Shown: positions 1 to 8,939 of the stretch, one piece after another
How the letters are laid out: each line of letters begins with the position of its first letter
Position numbering within the stretch: the first letter of the stretch is position 1
Virus record (IMG/VR): IMGVR_UViG_3300037424_002898
Coordinates: 1 to 43,893 of that record
DNA from: a virus
Taxonomy: Duplodnaviria > Caudoviricetes
DNA: 43,893 nucleotides
Reading direction: 5' to 3' (one strand)
Notes under the pieces: generated by a model
The model's input: the letters and a program-made list of their open reading frames with translations, nothing else
Told to the model about the DNA's origin: nothing
Databases searched by the model: none
Translations under genes and position numbers: made by a program

Positions 1-46
1 AACGGGTGGAAGCGTAGCGGGCGGGAATCACGGCGGTGACGCGCAT
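1..46 (-). CDS. kdsB: 5' end of host 3-deoxy-manno-octulosonate cytidylyltransferase (runs off the window)
   Basis: ATG at 46 reads MRVTAVIPARYASTR, the typical KdsB N-terminal IPARYxSTR motif. Confidence 0.85.
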   Translation of the reverse strand, partial: MRVTAVIPARYASTR

Positions 47-120
47 GGAGGGGTCCTTTCGGGATGAAGGGGAAACTGGCGGTAGAGTAGAAAAATCCCG
101 GAAGGTTGTCAAGGAACCTC

Positions 121-126
121 GAAGGG
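121..126 (+). repeat. Left copy of 6-bp target-site duplication GAAGGG
   Basis: Immediately precedes terminal TG; identical to 42740..42745. Confidence 0.88.
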
Positions 127-137
127 TGAAGCCGCGC

Positions 138-180
138 GCGAAAACTAGCTGCTTAAAATTGCGAAAAGTGACCGCGAAAA
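138..180 (+). promoter_or_regulatory. Putative transposase-binding sites at left end (3x GCGAAAA)
   Basis: GCGAAAA at 138, 161, 174; AATTGCGAAAA (157..167) recurs inverted at 42699..42709. Confidence 0.6.
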
Positions 181-194
181 TGTAGTTGATATCC

Positions 195-209
195 TCAAAA
201 ACATTTTGA
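195..209. promoter_or_regulatory. TCAAAA-N3-TTTTGA palindrome, copy 1
   Basis: TCAAAA-ACA-TTTTGA; same arms at 1569, 14169, 42629. Confidence 0.55.
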
Positions 210-236
210 CTCGTCCCCCTTGAAGGGGACGAGTCA
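207..236 (-). terminator. Hairpin terminating the late/minus-strand transcript near the left end
   Basis: 12-bp perfect stem TGACTCGTCCCC/GGGGACGAGTCA downstream of ORF 271..786. Confidence 0.65.
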
Positions 237-270
237 GCTTTAGCATCACCCGGTGAGGTGGAGAAGGTCA

Positions 271-786
271 CTAGTCATTTTTCTCATCATAGATTTTTTC
301 TATTTCCTGAAGAATTTCTTCCTTCCGAGCACTGGCATGCCTCCAATTTGCTTCTCTTGGGGATCCGCCCGTAAACCCATTATTTATCACCATCTCACCA
401 TTATAGTGTTCCAGCAAAGTGACCGCAGCATTCAGTTTGGCTGTAGCCCTAAGGGAAGCAGCTTGTTTCCTGAGAGCTCCCTCCGACTTCTCTTGAGCCT
501 CTGCACTTCGTTTCAATTCCCCCCGAGTCATTTTCAGCTCTTCACGCTGCAACTCAAGCTCTCGCCTTTGTAGCAAGATGGCGAAAATCACCCCGGCGAA
601 AGCAAGACCCGAAAAAAGTGAGTTCGCCAATCCAAACATATCTCCGATTTGACCTCTCTCGGTCCAGCTATTTCCGATCAAGATCGTCAGTCCCCCCAAT
701 ATCGCCCATACGGCTGCCACTATAAACACAACCTTCACCCAAGGAATCGGCTCAGATTCCTTCTTCTCCTCAGCCTTCTTTTCCAT
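271..786 (-). CDS. 2-TM + coiled-coil membrane protein resembling the N-terminus of putative phage abortive-infection (putAbiC-like) proteins
   Basis: GQIGDMFGLANSLFSGLAFAGVIFAILLQRRELELQREEL motif; lower GC; starts 2 bp after the MTase stop. Confidence 0.6.
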   Translation of the reverse strand: MEKKAEEKKESEPIPWVKVVFIVAAVWAILGGLTILIGNSWTERGQIGDMFGLANSLFSGLAFAGVIFAILLQRRELELQREELKMTRGELKRSAEAQEKSEGALRKQAASLRATAKLNAAVTLLEHYNGEMVINNGFTGGSPREANWRHASARKEEILQEIEKIYDEKND

Positions 787-787
787 T

Positions 788-1555
788 TCACTCTCCCCAG
801 TTCCGAATAATCAATTCAGTCCTCTGTGCACCCTTCCCAGCGCCGCCGACGGTGTAGTTTATCCCGACGGTCTCCATCGGCAAACCTTTAAATGCTTCCC
901 TGATGTCCGGATGGTCGTTGATGCTGAGGATGGCCTTGCCTTTGATCTCTCGCAGTAGCGCCGCCATGGCCAGGTATTGGTCGAAGTTGAAGTCCACTCC
1001 GTAGCCTTCGGTCTGCCAGTATGGCGGGTCGAGATAGAAGAGGGTTTCTTGTCGGTCGTATTTGGTTATGCAGGCTTGCCAGTCTAAATGCTCGACATAA
1101 ACCCTGGAGAGTCGCAGGTGAGCTTGGCTGAGATCTTCTTCGATGCGAGTGAGGTTTAGTCGAGGTGGGCTGGTGGTTGCGATGCCAAAGACGCGGCCGT
1201 CGACCTTCCCACCGAAACCCATCTTTTGCAGGTAATAGAAACGGGCAGCCTTCTGGATGTCAGTCAGGGTCTCGCCTGGGGTAATCTTCAGCCAATGATA
1301 GATTTGGCGGCTGACCAGAGCATGTTTGAATTGGCGACAAAACTCCTCGAGGTGGTGTTGCACGATTCGGTAGAGGTTGACCAGGTCGCCGTTGATGTCG
1401 TTGATTACTTCCACTTTGGCGGGTGGTTTCAGAAAGAAGAGTGCGGCAGCGCCGCAAAAGGGCTCAACGTAGCAGGTGTGCTTAGGGAATAGGGGCAGCA
1501 GATGTTTTGCCAGGCGGCGTTTGCCGCCGATCCAGGGGATAATTGGTCTGTGCAT
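788..1555 (-). CDS. D12-class N6-adenine DNA methyltransferase (Dam-like), at the Mu mom position
   Basis: PWIGGK, YVEPFCG, INDIN and YLDPPY motifs; AAGGAG RBS. Confidence 0.95.
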   Translation of the reverse strand: MHRPIIPWIGGKRRLAKHLLPLFPKHTCYVEPFCGAAALFFLKPPAKVEVINDINGDLVNLYRIVQHHLEEFCRQFKHALVSRQIYHWLKITPGETLTDIQKAARFYYLQKMGFGGKVDGRVFGIATTSPPRLNLTRIEEDLSQAHLRLSRVYVEHLDWQACITKYDRQETLFYLDPPYWQTEGYGVDFNFDQYLAMAALLREIKGKAILSINDHPDIREAFKGLPMETVGINYTVGGAGKGAQRTELIIRNWGE

Positions 1556-1567
1556 GGTGAGCTCCTT

Positions 1568-1697
1568 GTCAAAAGTGTTTTGACGCGCTAAACTCGCCCC
1601 ACCTCGTACGGGGTGGGGGAGCCTTGGCTGGGCTCACAGGCTGGTTCTGTGATCTCGGTGCCCGGGCCGTGGTTGCCGCCACTGCCCGGGCGCTCCC
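1568..1697 (-). ncRNA. Candidate structured RNA leader of the methyltransferase
   Basis: Nested stems GGGAGC/GCTCCC, GCCCGGGC/GCCCGGGC, TCACAG/CTGTGA, then CCCCACC/GGTGGGG and GTCAAAA/TTTTGAC next to the SD. Confidence 0.5.
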
Positions 1698-1711
1698 TCT
1701 CTTTTCCTTCC

Positions 1712-2278
1712 TTAGATAAAATCCTTGAAATTTACCACCAGATTAGATTTGCCGGCAGTGTCGATTGAGGCGCGGTGTCGACCCAGAGACAGGGTGAAGA
1801 GACCTGCATCCGCAGGGAGTGGCAGACTTGCGTACCCCAGAGCATCGGAGGAAGTGCTCCGTTCTTGTACAATTGTTTTGGCTCCAGCAGCGACGACGCT
1901 TCCTCCCTTCGGTACGGCCGCGAATTTCACTCCGGAGACCACGCCCATCCCTGCGTCGGCGGTATAAACAAAGACCGTCAATCCTCCCGGCTCCGCCGGC
2001 CTCGCCGGCATCAGATGCTCATCCTTGCGACTAATCTCGATGGCCGTCTGAGGCACGACCTTAAATGCCTTGGTCTCGTCAGCCACCGCACAATGCCAGT
2101 ATTTGACCTCCGGGTTCCCGCTCGGGTCGGGTTGTAGAATCGCCGGGTCGGCCTCGCTCCAGTCCACCGTGGCGACGCTGACCAGAGAACCCCCAGTGTC
2201 AGGCTGGAACAGCTCGAACAGTACGGCCTCCTGCTCGTCGCCAACCGCAGGCTGGCGGTGCAGTTTATAAGTTTCCAA
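1712..2278 (-). CDS. Hypothetical protein, possibly virion-associated (beta-rich C-terminus)
   Basis: 188-aa ORF coupled to neighbours; GAGGTG RBS; TTG start. Confidence 0.6.
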   Translation of the reverse strand: METYKLHRQPAVGDEQEAVLFELFQPDTGGSLVSVATVDWSEADPAILQPDPSGNPEVKYWHCAVADETKAFKVVPQTAIEISRKDEHLMPARPAEPGGLTVFVYTADAGMGVVSGVKFAAVPKGGSVVAAGAKTIVQERSTSSDALGYASLPLPADAGLFTLSLGRHRASIDTAGKSNLVVNFKDFI

Positions 2279-2492
2279 GGGACACCTCTACTTTCTGGGG
2301 AAGGGGAGCAAGGCTGACGTGGACTTCTTGAGGCTTGTAGTGCGGAGGGCCTGAGTACGTCCCCGCCACGCTGTCATAAATAACACCCTCAGCCAACTGG
2401 TAGGCGACTGGTGGGGCTTTGTAGAAAGAGATGTCATGTTGTTCCGGGTGGCTGTGGTGGCCAACTTCAATGCTTGTCTCAATCAACGCCAT
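2265..2492 (-). CDS. Hypothetical protein (75 aa)
   Basis: ATG at 2492 after GGAG, 2 bp after the upstream stop. Confidence 0.55.
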   Translation of the reverse strand: MALIETSIEVGHHSHPEQHDISFYKAPPVAYQLAEGVIYDSVAGTYSGPPHYKPQEVHVSLAPLPQKVEVSLGNL

Positions 2493-2494
2493 AG

Positions 2495-3463
2495 CTATTT
2501 CTCCACCGCAATGCGTCCCTGATTGCCGATGATTGAGCCGACAAGCCACCAGCTTTCCGTGGCCCCGGCATGATCGACAAACTTCTGTCCGGCAAAGCCG
2601 GTGTCGGGCGAGACTGTGACGGAAACCTCGTCACCAATGTGAGTGCCTTGTGTGCGGGTAATGGTGAGTAGGCCCATGATTGTGCCTAATACTTCGGCGG
2701 AATATATGTAAATACTAAAGCCTCTGATTCGTAGATTACTGACCCAAGGTTTACCGCTTAGGGATGAGTTAAATTGAGGCATCAGCATATATCCGGGCAC
2801 ACTCACACCCCCCTGATTTCCTGCTGTCCCGTAGTCCGTATCTGCCACTACCAGTGCCGCTGATGTTGCCGCATACCTTGTGCGAGGGACTCGTAGTGGT
2901 GTTGAACTAACTTGTGAAAATAAATAGTTCAGGCTACCCCACCCCCACTTTGGATATCCCGTTGCAACCGTGTCGAGAGGATGAACGCGGGTCAACTCAC
3001 AAACCCAAGTGGGCCCTTGATCTGCTGAGGCACCCCAGTATGAGTTTGCACGGGTCATCAACAACAACAAACCCTGATTGACGGCAATATTAATATCCCC
3101 ACCATAGACCAAGTCGATGCGTTGTGCAGTAGTGAGGCCGTCTGACTGATACGCCAAATTCGTCCCAACATGCGTCGTTGGATTCCACGCCTCATAACTC
3201 TTGAGAATCAAATACCCTGCCGTATTGTAATCAAGCACACACGGCTGGTACATAACCTGCCCCTCAGCGTCAGGCAGACAGGGGTAGCGATAGGCTCTGG
3301 CATTAGGCCCAGCGGCGGCATCCCATAGTTCCCAACCACGCGGAACGATGAAATCTTCAACGCCTTGAATGATATCGGCAAGAATGTCCCCTGCAGCGTA
3401 AGCGACTTGACCGGACTTTTGAGTCGGAGCGCCCTGATTGTTCCAGCCTCTGGTTTCAACCAT
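2495..3463 (-). CDS. Hypothetical protein, candidate virion/receptor-binding accessory protein
   Basis: 322 aa, G/T/S/W/Y-rich, lower GC, coupled within late operon. Confidence 0.6.
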   Translation of the reverse strand: MVETRGWNNQGAPTQKSGQVAYAAGDILADIIQGVEDFIVPRGWELWDAAAGPNARAYRYPCLPDAEGQVMYQPCVLDYNTAGYLILKSYEAWNPTTHVGTNLAYQSDGLTTAQRIDLVYGGDINIAVNQGLLLLMTRANSYWGASADQGPTWVCELTRVHPLDTVATGYPKWGWGSLNYLFSQVSSTPLRVPRTRYAATSAALVVADTDYGTAGNQGGVSVPGYMLMPQFNSSLSGKPWVSNLRIRGFSIYIYSAEVLGTIMGLLTITRTQGTHIGDEVSVTVSPDTGFAGQKFVDHAGATESWWLVGSIIGNQGRIAVEK

Positions 3464-3939
3464 TACATCACCTCCGTACCGGGAGCGTTACACAGCCCGT
3501 TCGTCTGGACCATGATCCAAGGCCCTTCAACCCACGCACTGTACTCAGCCGTCATGAACTGGCTGATCCAGGTGACGGGATTGGGCTCTGCCGGGAGGGG
3601 AACGCGGTAGCTGTGAGCGTACTGGCTGGCCGGGTCGGGGGCGGACTCGGTGATGAGTGCGGAGACAACATGGGCACTCACCCGGTCCCGGGCGGCCTGG
3701 TCGATGATCCCCCCGGCGAGGAGGAGGTCAAACAGTCCGACGACTTCAGGATTATCGAGGTAGACGCCGTTGGTGGAGTCGAGCACCTCGATGATGGCCA
3801 GCCCGGGGAGCCCGCCCGACAGGACGCAGGCCGGGTCTTTGAGGGCGAGACGGGCCAGGCCGTAAGCGACTGCGCCCATGACGGTTGCCAGTTCCCCTCG
3901 GGTGACGTAGACGCGAAAACCAAAATCAACGGGACTCAT
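3463..3939 (-). CDS. Hypothetical phage protein
   Basis: 158-aa ORF with ATGA/TAATG overlaps at both ends, GGAGG RBS. Confidence 0.65.
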   Translation of the reverse strand: MSPVDFGFRVYVTRGELATVMGAVAYGLARLALKDPACVLSGGLPGLAIIEVLDSTNGVYLDNPEVVGLFDLLLAGGIIDQAARDRVSAHVVSALITESAPDPASQYAHSYRVPLPAEPNPVTWISQFMTAEYSAWVEGPWIMVQTNGLCNAPGTEVM

Positions 3940-4424
3940 GCGGACCTCCAGATAACGTCGAATAGACCGGCTGCCGCAAACTCGGCGTAGGACTGGGGCG
4001 AAACGAGCAGGCTAGAGCGGTCGGTGAGAAGCCCAGCGGCCTGGTCCATCGCCAACAAGACTTCGGTGCAGTTGACGCGGCCGCCCGATTGCTCGCCGCG
4101 GCCCGTCAGAAATCCCCAAAAACTGCGAATATCGTACTGGATGCCGATCAGGCTGTCGCCGGTGCGGAGCCATGCGTTGACCTGGACGGCGGTGAGCGGC
4201 ATCCGGGGGCGGAGTACGGCGACAGTGTAGCGGCCGTCGAGATAGTTGGCGATCTCGGAGCGCCGGACATTGGGCCAGCTGGCCTCGAGGCAGTCGGTGG
4301 GGTTGGTGACGGGGGCGACGTGGCTCCACTCGCTGGAGAGCCACCAGGCGATGGCCCGGGAAAACCAGTTGCGGCGGAGGAGGAGCAGGCGGTCGCCAGG
4401 CTGCAGAGTGGGGAGGGTTTTCAT
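3936..4424 (-). CDS. Permuted papain-like amidase (YaeF/YiiX, C92-like)
   Basis: LQPGD..., WSHVA (His), YD, then NCTE (Cys) in permuted NlpC/P60 order; start at MKTLP after AAGGAG. Confidence 0.8.
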   Translation of the reverse strand: MKTLPTLQPGDRLLLLRRNWFSRAIAWWLSSEWSHVAPVTNPTDCLEASWPNVRRSEIANYLDGRYTVAVLRPRMPLTAVQVNAWLRTGDSLIGIQYDIRSFWGFLTGRGEQSGGRVNCTEVLLAMDQAAGLLTDRSSLLVSPQSYAEFAAAGLFDVIWRSA

Positions 4425-4435
4425 GGGAGGCTCCT

Positions 4436-5017
4436 TCAGGCGGGTTTGGTCTTCGGGATTGGCTCGGACTGGCCACGGCTGCCGAACCACCACCCGACGG
4501 CGACGCCGGCCAGAAAAAGAACCTGTTGGGCGATGATTGAGGCCAGAACCATGTCGCCCTTGGTGACGGCGTCCCGCCACATCCGGCTCATTTCGTAGAC
4601 CAGGTAGGACGTGATGAGGGGGCGGGTCAGTCCGCGGATGACGTCGACGGTGCCGAGGCCGAGGGCGATGAGACTGGAGACGAAAGGGTGAGTCTTTCCG
4701 CTCCACCCTTTGATGTAGGTGGCGCTGTCGGCCTTGACGGCTTCGGTGAGCCCTTCGAGGTCGGCCATCTTGACATCGCGGTCGGTCTTGGCGGCTTCGA
4801 TCTTGAGGGCGTTATCGGCTTCGAAGCGAATGACATCGAGCTGGTGCTGGCGGTTTCTGGCGGCTTCAAGGGCGTCGAATTCGCGTTTTTTGCGTTCTTC
4901 GCGGCCTTTGAGCCAGGAGCCGAGCAGTCCGAAGCCGAGGCCGAAGGCGCTGGTGACGCCGCTGGTGGCCCCGCCGGCGAAACTGCCGAAAAAATCTCCA
5001 ATGACACTAGCGTCCAT
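4436..5017 (-). CDS. Holin-like membrane protein
   Basis: Gly-rich hydrophobic N-terminus, coiled coil, RGLTRPLIT and WWFGSR motifs as in 3TM-type holins; follows the lysin candidate. Confidence 0.65.
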   Translation of the reverse strand: MDASVIGDFFGSFAGGATSGVTSAFGLGFGLLGSWLKGREERKKREFDALEAARNRQHQLDVIRFEADNALKIEAAKTDRDVKMADLEGLTEAVKADSATYIKGWSGKTHPFVSSLIALGLGTVDVIRGLTRPLITSYLVYEMSRMWRDAVTKGDMVLASIIAQQVLFLAGVAVGWWFGSRGQSEPIPKTKPA

Positions 5018-5477
5018 CGTTCCATGCCTCCATGATTTTGATTTGGAATTCGTCCCCTCCGAGGACATCCATGACGTCGTCGAAGGTCGGTTTCGAGTAG
5101 AGCAGCGCTTTCTGCTGCCGTCCACCAACGGTCAGGGTGCCCCGATAGGCGCCGATCAGAATGCAGCCTTCCGTGTGAGTCGCCCACCCCCGGGCCTTGT
5201 CTCCGCCGAGGTTGCCCCAGTGGGTGAGGATCCAGCTGCGGCCTGCTACATCCTGGATGTGGTAGACGCGGCCGAACCGGGGCGATTGGCGGACCCGGGC
5301 ACGGTAGCTCCCGGCGGGGATGCAGGAAACGGTCGGGGCGTTGTCGTGCCAGGGCGGTTCAAGGGTGTGGACGTTAACCTCCGGGCCGAGAAGCCGGCCG
5401 AAGGTCCCCTGGGCGCCGGTTTCGATGCGGAGGAGGTAAACGGTCGGCAGGGGGTGGTCTTCCCGGGAGGCACCCAC
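5007..5477 (-). CDS. DUF5675-like putative endolysin (L,D-transpeptidase-like fold)
   Basis: GTFGRL, TLEPPW, SCIPAGSY, ILTHWGN, TEGCILIG motifs. Confidence 0.8.
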   Translation of the reverse strand: MGASREDHPLPTVYLLRIETGAQGTFGRLLGPEVNVHTLEPPWHDNAPTVSCIPAGSYRARVRQSPRFGRVYHIQDVAGRSWILTHWGNLGGDKARGWATHTEGCILIGAYRGTLTVGGRQQKALLYSKPTFDDVMDVLGGDEFQIKIMEAWNDGR

Positions 5478-5975
5478 TTACACCTCCCAAGCTATGGCGG
5501 CGATCTGATCGACGGCATCCGGCGCTGTCGGGTCGACGGCGGCCAGGGCGTCGAGGAGCGCCTGCTGCTGGCCGAGGATGGCGCCGGAAGCGGCTTCGAA
5601 GAGGGCCACGTTGCCAAGGACCTTGGCGACCAGGGCGGCCAGAGAAATCCCCCGGACGAAGGCCATGGCCGAAAGCATCGGCGTCGGCGCGGCGGGATCG
5701 AGCGACCATGCGCGGGCCTCGCCCTGCTGGGTCGCCCAGGTTTCCCGTTCAGCGGGGAGGTAGGGGGCGGCGAGGGCGGCGAGGCGCAGGGAGCCTTCGG
5801 CGCGGAGAGCGGCTTCTTTGGTGGCTCGCAGTTGCGACGCGGTCGGGGGTGGGTTGACGATGGATAGGGCTACCGCTTCCGATATGGGCATCAGCCCCTC
5901 GGGAATATACTCATCCTGACTGCCGTCGCCGGCGAAGGCAAACACTTCGTTCTGGCTATTTTTGAGATATTTCAA
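5478..5975 (-). CDS. Tail fibre assembly-like protein
   Basis: Directly after the fibre; YLPAERETWATQQGEA...TPMLSAMA pattern; AGGAGG RBS. Confidence 0.65.
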   Translation of the reverse strand: MKYLKNSQNEVFAFAGDGSQDEYIPEGLMPISEAVALSIVNPPPTASQLRATKEAALRAEGSLRLAALAAPYLPAERETWATQQGEARAWSLDPAAPTPMLSAMAFVRGISLAALVAKVLGNVALFEAASGAILGQQQALLDALAAVDPTAPDAVDQIAAIAWEV

Positions 5976-5986
5976 AGGACCTCCTC

Positions 5987-7171
5987 TTAGGATAGAATTT
6001 TCACGGAACTTGCTCCGTTGAATTTATAGTAATGGTTGTTTGGTACGATCACTGTAACGGTCTGATGCCCAAGGGTGGCCGTGCCGGACGCTGCGAGTGT
6101 ATCTGCGGACGACACCCCGACCCAAATATCAAAATAGTAGTTCGAACCACTACTCCCACTGTCTGAGGACCTCACGCAGACGGTTATCGGCCGTCCGGTC
6201 GTATTGCGGTAGGTCACACCGTTTGTAACGGTCGGGATGGCCCAAGACTGCTCAACACCAGCACCCTTGGCAGCGGACCACTGAGAATAATTAATTACAT
6301 CATTCCCGGCGATTCCGTAGATTGCTTCCAGGCGTCCGGCCGCGTCGTATTTTGCCAACCGATTGCCAATCGGTGTCGCCGTGGCAGAGTGCGGGGAGGT
6401 CAATGCGTTGTGGGCATCTACCCTTACCTGGGCGCCGGCGGGGGTTTCCTTCCCAGCCAGAGCCGTGGTCATCGTCGTCGCAAAATTTGGGTCATCCCCC
6501 AAGGCGGCGGCCAGCTCGTTGAGCGTGTCGAGAGCGGCGGGGGATGCGGCGACGAGGGCGGCGAGGGCGGCGTCGACCGTATCTTTGCGGGCGATGTCGT
6601 CGGCAGCAAGCGGCGGGCCGACCTTGGAACAGCCGTTGACATCTCGAGTCATCATCCGGAGGGCGGTGGGGGCGCTGGTCGCCTGATGCGGTGCGGTGAG
6701 CAAGGCATGGGCGTCGACGTACTCCTGGGAAGCCATGACCAGACTGGCGTCGATCTGCAGCACCACGTCACCGCCGTTGCTCACCCGCAATCCCCCGCGC
6801 ACAATGATTTCCTTCTCCCCTCCGGAGCCGGGAGCGGGCTTGACGGTCAGGGGATATTTCCCTACGGCAATCAGGGCCCCCGCGGAGTCGTAAATTGCCG
6901 CTTCCCGGATGTCCCATCCCCCCAGATCGGGCGGGATCTTCGCTTCGATGACCACCAGATTGTCCTGCACCTGGTGCACGTAGATTTTATTGACGGGGCC
7001 CCGCCATACTTCGTTGACCAAGCCACCCAACAGCGCTTCGGGCTCATGATAAACGCCGCCGCCGTCGCCGACGGCGAGTTCGGTGGGTGCCAACAAGACG
7101 CCGCCGGCTTCTGCGGCAGCTCGTTTGGCCAATCCGGTCGGGGTCATTATCCAGCGATATTCAGCGGGCAC
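5987..7171 (-). CDS. Tail fibre protein (tail-collar/DUF3751-like N-terminus)
   Basis: MTPTGLAK..AVGDGGG..GGWDIREAAIYD; LDTLNELAAALGDDPNFATT fibre repeat. Confidence 0.85.
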   Translation of the reverse strand: MPAEYRWIMTPTGLAKRAAAEAGGVLLAPTELAVGDGGGVYHEPEALLGGLVNEVWRGPVNKIYVHQVQDNLVVIEAKIPPDLGGWDIREAAIYDSAGALIAVGKYPLTVKPAPGSGGEKEIIVRGGLRVSNGGDVVLQIDASLVMASQEYVDAHALLTAPHQATSAPTALRMMTRDVNGCSKVGPPLAADDIARKDTVDAALAALVAASPAALDTLNELAAALGDDPNFATTMTTALAGKETPAGAQVRVDAHNALTSPHSATATPIGNRLAKYDAAGRLEAIYGIAGNDVINYSQWSAAKGAGVEQSWAIPTVTNGVTYRNTTGRPITVCVRSSDSGSSGSNYYFDIWVGVSSADTLAASGTATLGHQTVTVIVPNNHYYKFNGASSVKILS

Positions 7172-7180
7172 GGCAGTCTC

Positions 7181-7759
7181 CTATTCAGGTTCCGGAAAGA
7201 CAGTGATGATCTCGGCCGAAGTGAGGCCAAAAGAGTAGACGGGCACGTCGGAGAGGAGCGAATAAACGAATTCGACAGCGGCCAGCTTCGAGCCGGCGCG
7301 CTTCATCTCGTTGATCCCCCACTCGACTTGCTCGAGAGGAAACATCAAGTCCGTCCCGACGATTTCCGCGACGACTTTGAATTCGGCCCAGCGGCTTGGG
7401 TCCTCGCTCCGCAGATTGACGACCGCAACCTCTGCGAAGCCGAAATATTCGATCAGTGTCGCCGCCATCGAGCCGGCTCGGCCGCCACGCGACCACCACA
7501 GATAGGCGAACCGAACCCGCCCCCAATAATGGGCTTCCGGCTCCAACGGGGCCTGCACGATGCCGCGGCTGCGGGCGTAGCGGGCCAGCAATTCCGCTTC
7601 GCATTTCTCCGGAAGGAACTGCTCGCGGAGTTGCAGTATCACCCCCCTGGCATCGTCGAGCGTTTCAGCCGACCCCTCGGCCAACAGGGACAGCGGGCCC
7701 GCTTTCTGTATAAAGGAAAGCCGCAACGAATTTTTGAAATAGTCCCAAAACAGCCCCAT
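7181..7759 (-). CDS. Baseplate wedge protein (P2 gpI/Mu gp48-like)
   Basis: Between baseplate J and fibre; LLARYARSRGI and WAEFKV motifs. Confidence 0.75.
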   Translation of the reverse strand: MGLFWDYFKNSLRLSFIQKAGPLSLLAEGSAETLDDARGVILQLREQFLPEKCEAELLARYARSRGIVQAPLEPEAHYWGRVRFAYLWWSRGGRAGSMAATLIEYFGFAEVAVVNLRSEDPSRWAEFKVVAEIVGTDLMFPLEQVEWGINEMKRAGSKLAAVEFVYSLLSDVPVYSFGLTSAEIITVFPEPE

Positions 7760-7760
7760 G

Positions 7761-8939
7761 TTATGCCTCGCTCGCCCAGACGTAGGTCAGGACAATGCTG
7801 TTGAGGACCGCCAGGCCGTCCTGGGGTACCTGCACGTCGGCCGCCGGACTGGTGAAGTTGATTTTTTTGACGCCGGCGGCGCCCATCATCGCCCAGCGCA
7901 GCAGATCGAGAGGGCCGTCCTGGCCGACTTCCATGGGCGGGATGCCCGCCACCGGCGCGGAGGAATCGAAAAGCGCCCTCTCCCTGGCCTCGGCGGCAGC
8001 GAGGATCTCGTCCGGATCGCCGGCGGTCAGCTCCAACTCGGCCACGATATCGATCGGTACCGCCATCGGTCCCTTGATCAGCACGTCGTCGTTCATGGGT
8101 GCCAGTTCGTCATTGTTGCCGGTGCCGCTGATTTTGGCCACCACGGCGTCGATCAACGCCTGAGTCGGCAGCCCCGCTGTTCCTTTCAGCACCACGTCGA
8201 CAGTCCCCTGCCCGCGGGGGTGCTGGTCGAGGACCTTGGCGCTGACAACACCCGAAATCTCACGAGCCCAGGCCTCATAGGCGTGTTTGGTGCAGCCGTT
8301 GAGCTTCTGCCAGGCCAGAACGTAGCGCTGGCGAAGGGCCTCGTTGCCCTCCTTATCCGCCCCCTCGCTCAGCAGCGAATCGGCCCGGTTCTCCACACCG
8401 TCGATCCCGGGGATGACTGTGGCGATCTCGCAGATCTGCCCGGCCGTGACGTTGCTCCCCTGACCGTATTCCTCCGCCTCGACCGTGACTCCCACCTCCG
8501 AAGCGCCGTCCGGTAGAACAACATCATCCAGGGTGACGAAACGATAGATTCCCCCCGTGCCGTCCGGCCGGGTCCGCACGATCCGCCCTGCCGCGATCGG
8601 CACATTGCCGACGGTGGTTTCCCGCAGGAAGACGATCGTGTGCCTCGCTTTGGTCGCAGCCAGACGCGTAACGCCGACCTGCTTGCAGTGCAGGTCGAGC
8701 CAGAAGCCGGTCGCGGTGTCCGGGAACGCCTGTTCGAGGACCACGGCAAGAAAGAGGTAGAGCTGATACAGGCCCCAGGCCCACAATTCGATCAGGCCGC
8801 GAACGATCCCCTTGTTGAGGTTCAGCCGGACCGGCAGCCACCCCTTGGCAACGTACTCCTCCTGCTTTGCCGTCAGACGGTCGAACAGTTCCTTTCGGAC
8901 CTGGTCCAGCGATTTAGAAACCAGTTCTTGGATCGACAT
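7761..8939 (-). CDS. Baseplate J/gp47 family protein
   Basis: FPDTATGFWLD, GADKEGNEALRQRY, PRGQGTVDV motifs. Confidence 0.92.
   Translation of the reverse strand: MSIQELVSKSLDQVRKELFDRLTAKQEEYVAKGWLPVRLNLNKGIVRGLIELWAWGLYQLYLFLAVVLEQAFPDTATGFWLDLHCKQVGVTRLAATKARHTIVFLRETTVGNVPIAAGRIVRTRPDGTGGIYRFVTLDDVVLPDGASEVGVTVEAEEYGQGSNVTAGQICEIATVIPGIDGVENRADSLLSEGADKEGNEALRQRYVLAWQKLNGCTKHAYEAWAREISGVVSAKVLDQHPRGQGTVDVVLKGTAGLPTQALIDAVVAKISGTGNNDELAPMNDDVLIKGPMAVPIDIVAELELTAGDPDEILAAAEARERALFDSSAPVAGIPPMEVGQDGPLDLLRWAMMGAAGVKKINFTSPAADVQVPQDGLAVLNSIVLTYVWASEA

Noticed and set aside
107-120. Alternative left end at TGTCAAGG (107)
   Set aside because: No matching duplication on the right; 127/42739 gives TG..CA with a perfect 6-bp duplication.
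1556-1711. com gene or a known ribozyme/riboswitch upstream of the MTase
   Set aside because: No CxxC ORF and no consensus I could match by eye; kept only as an unassigned structured leader.
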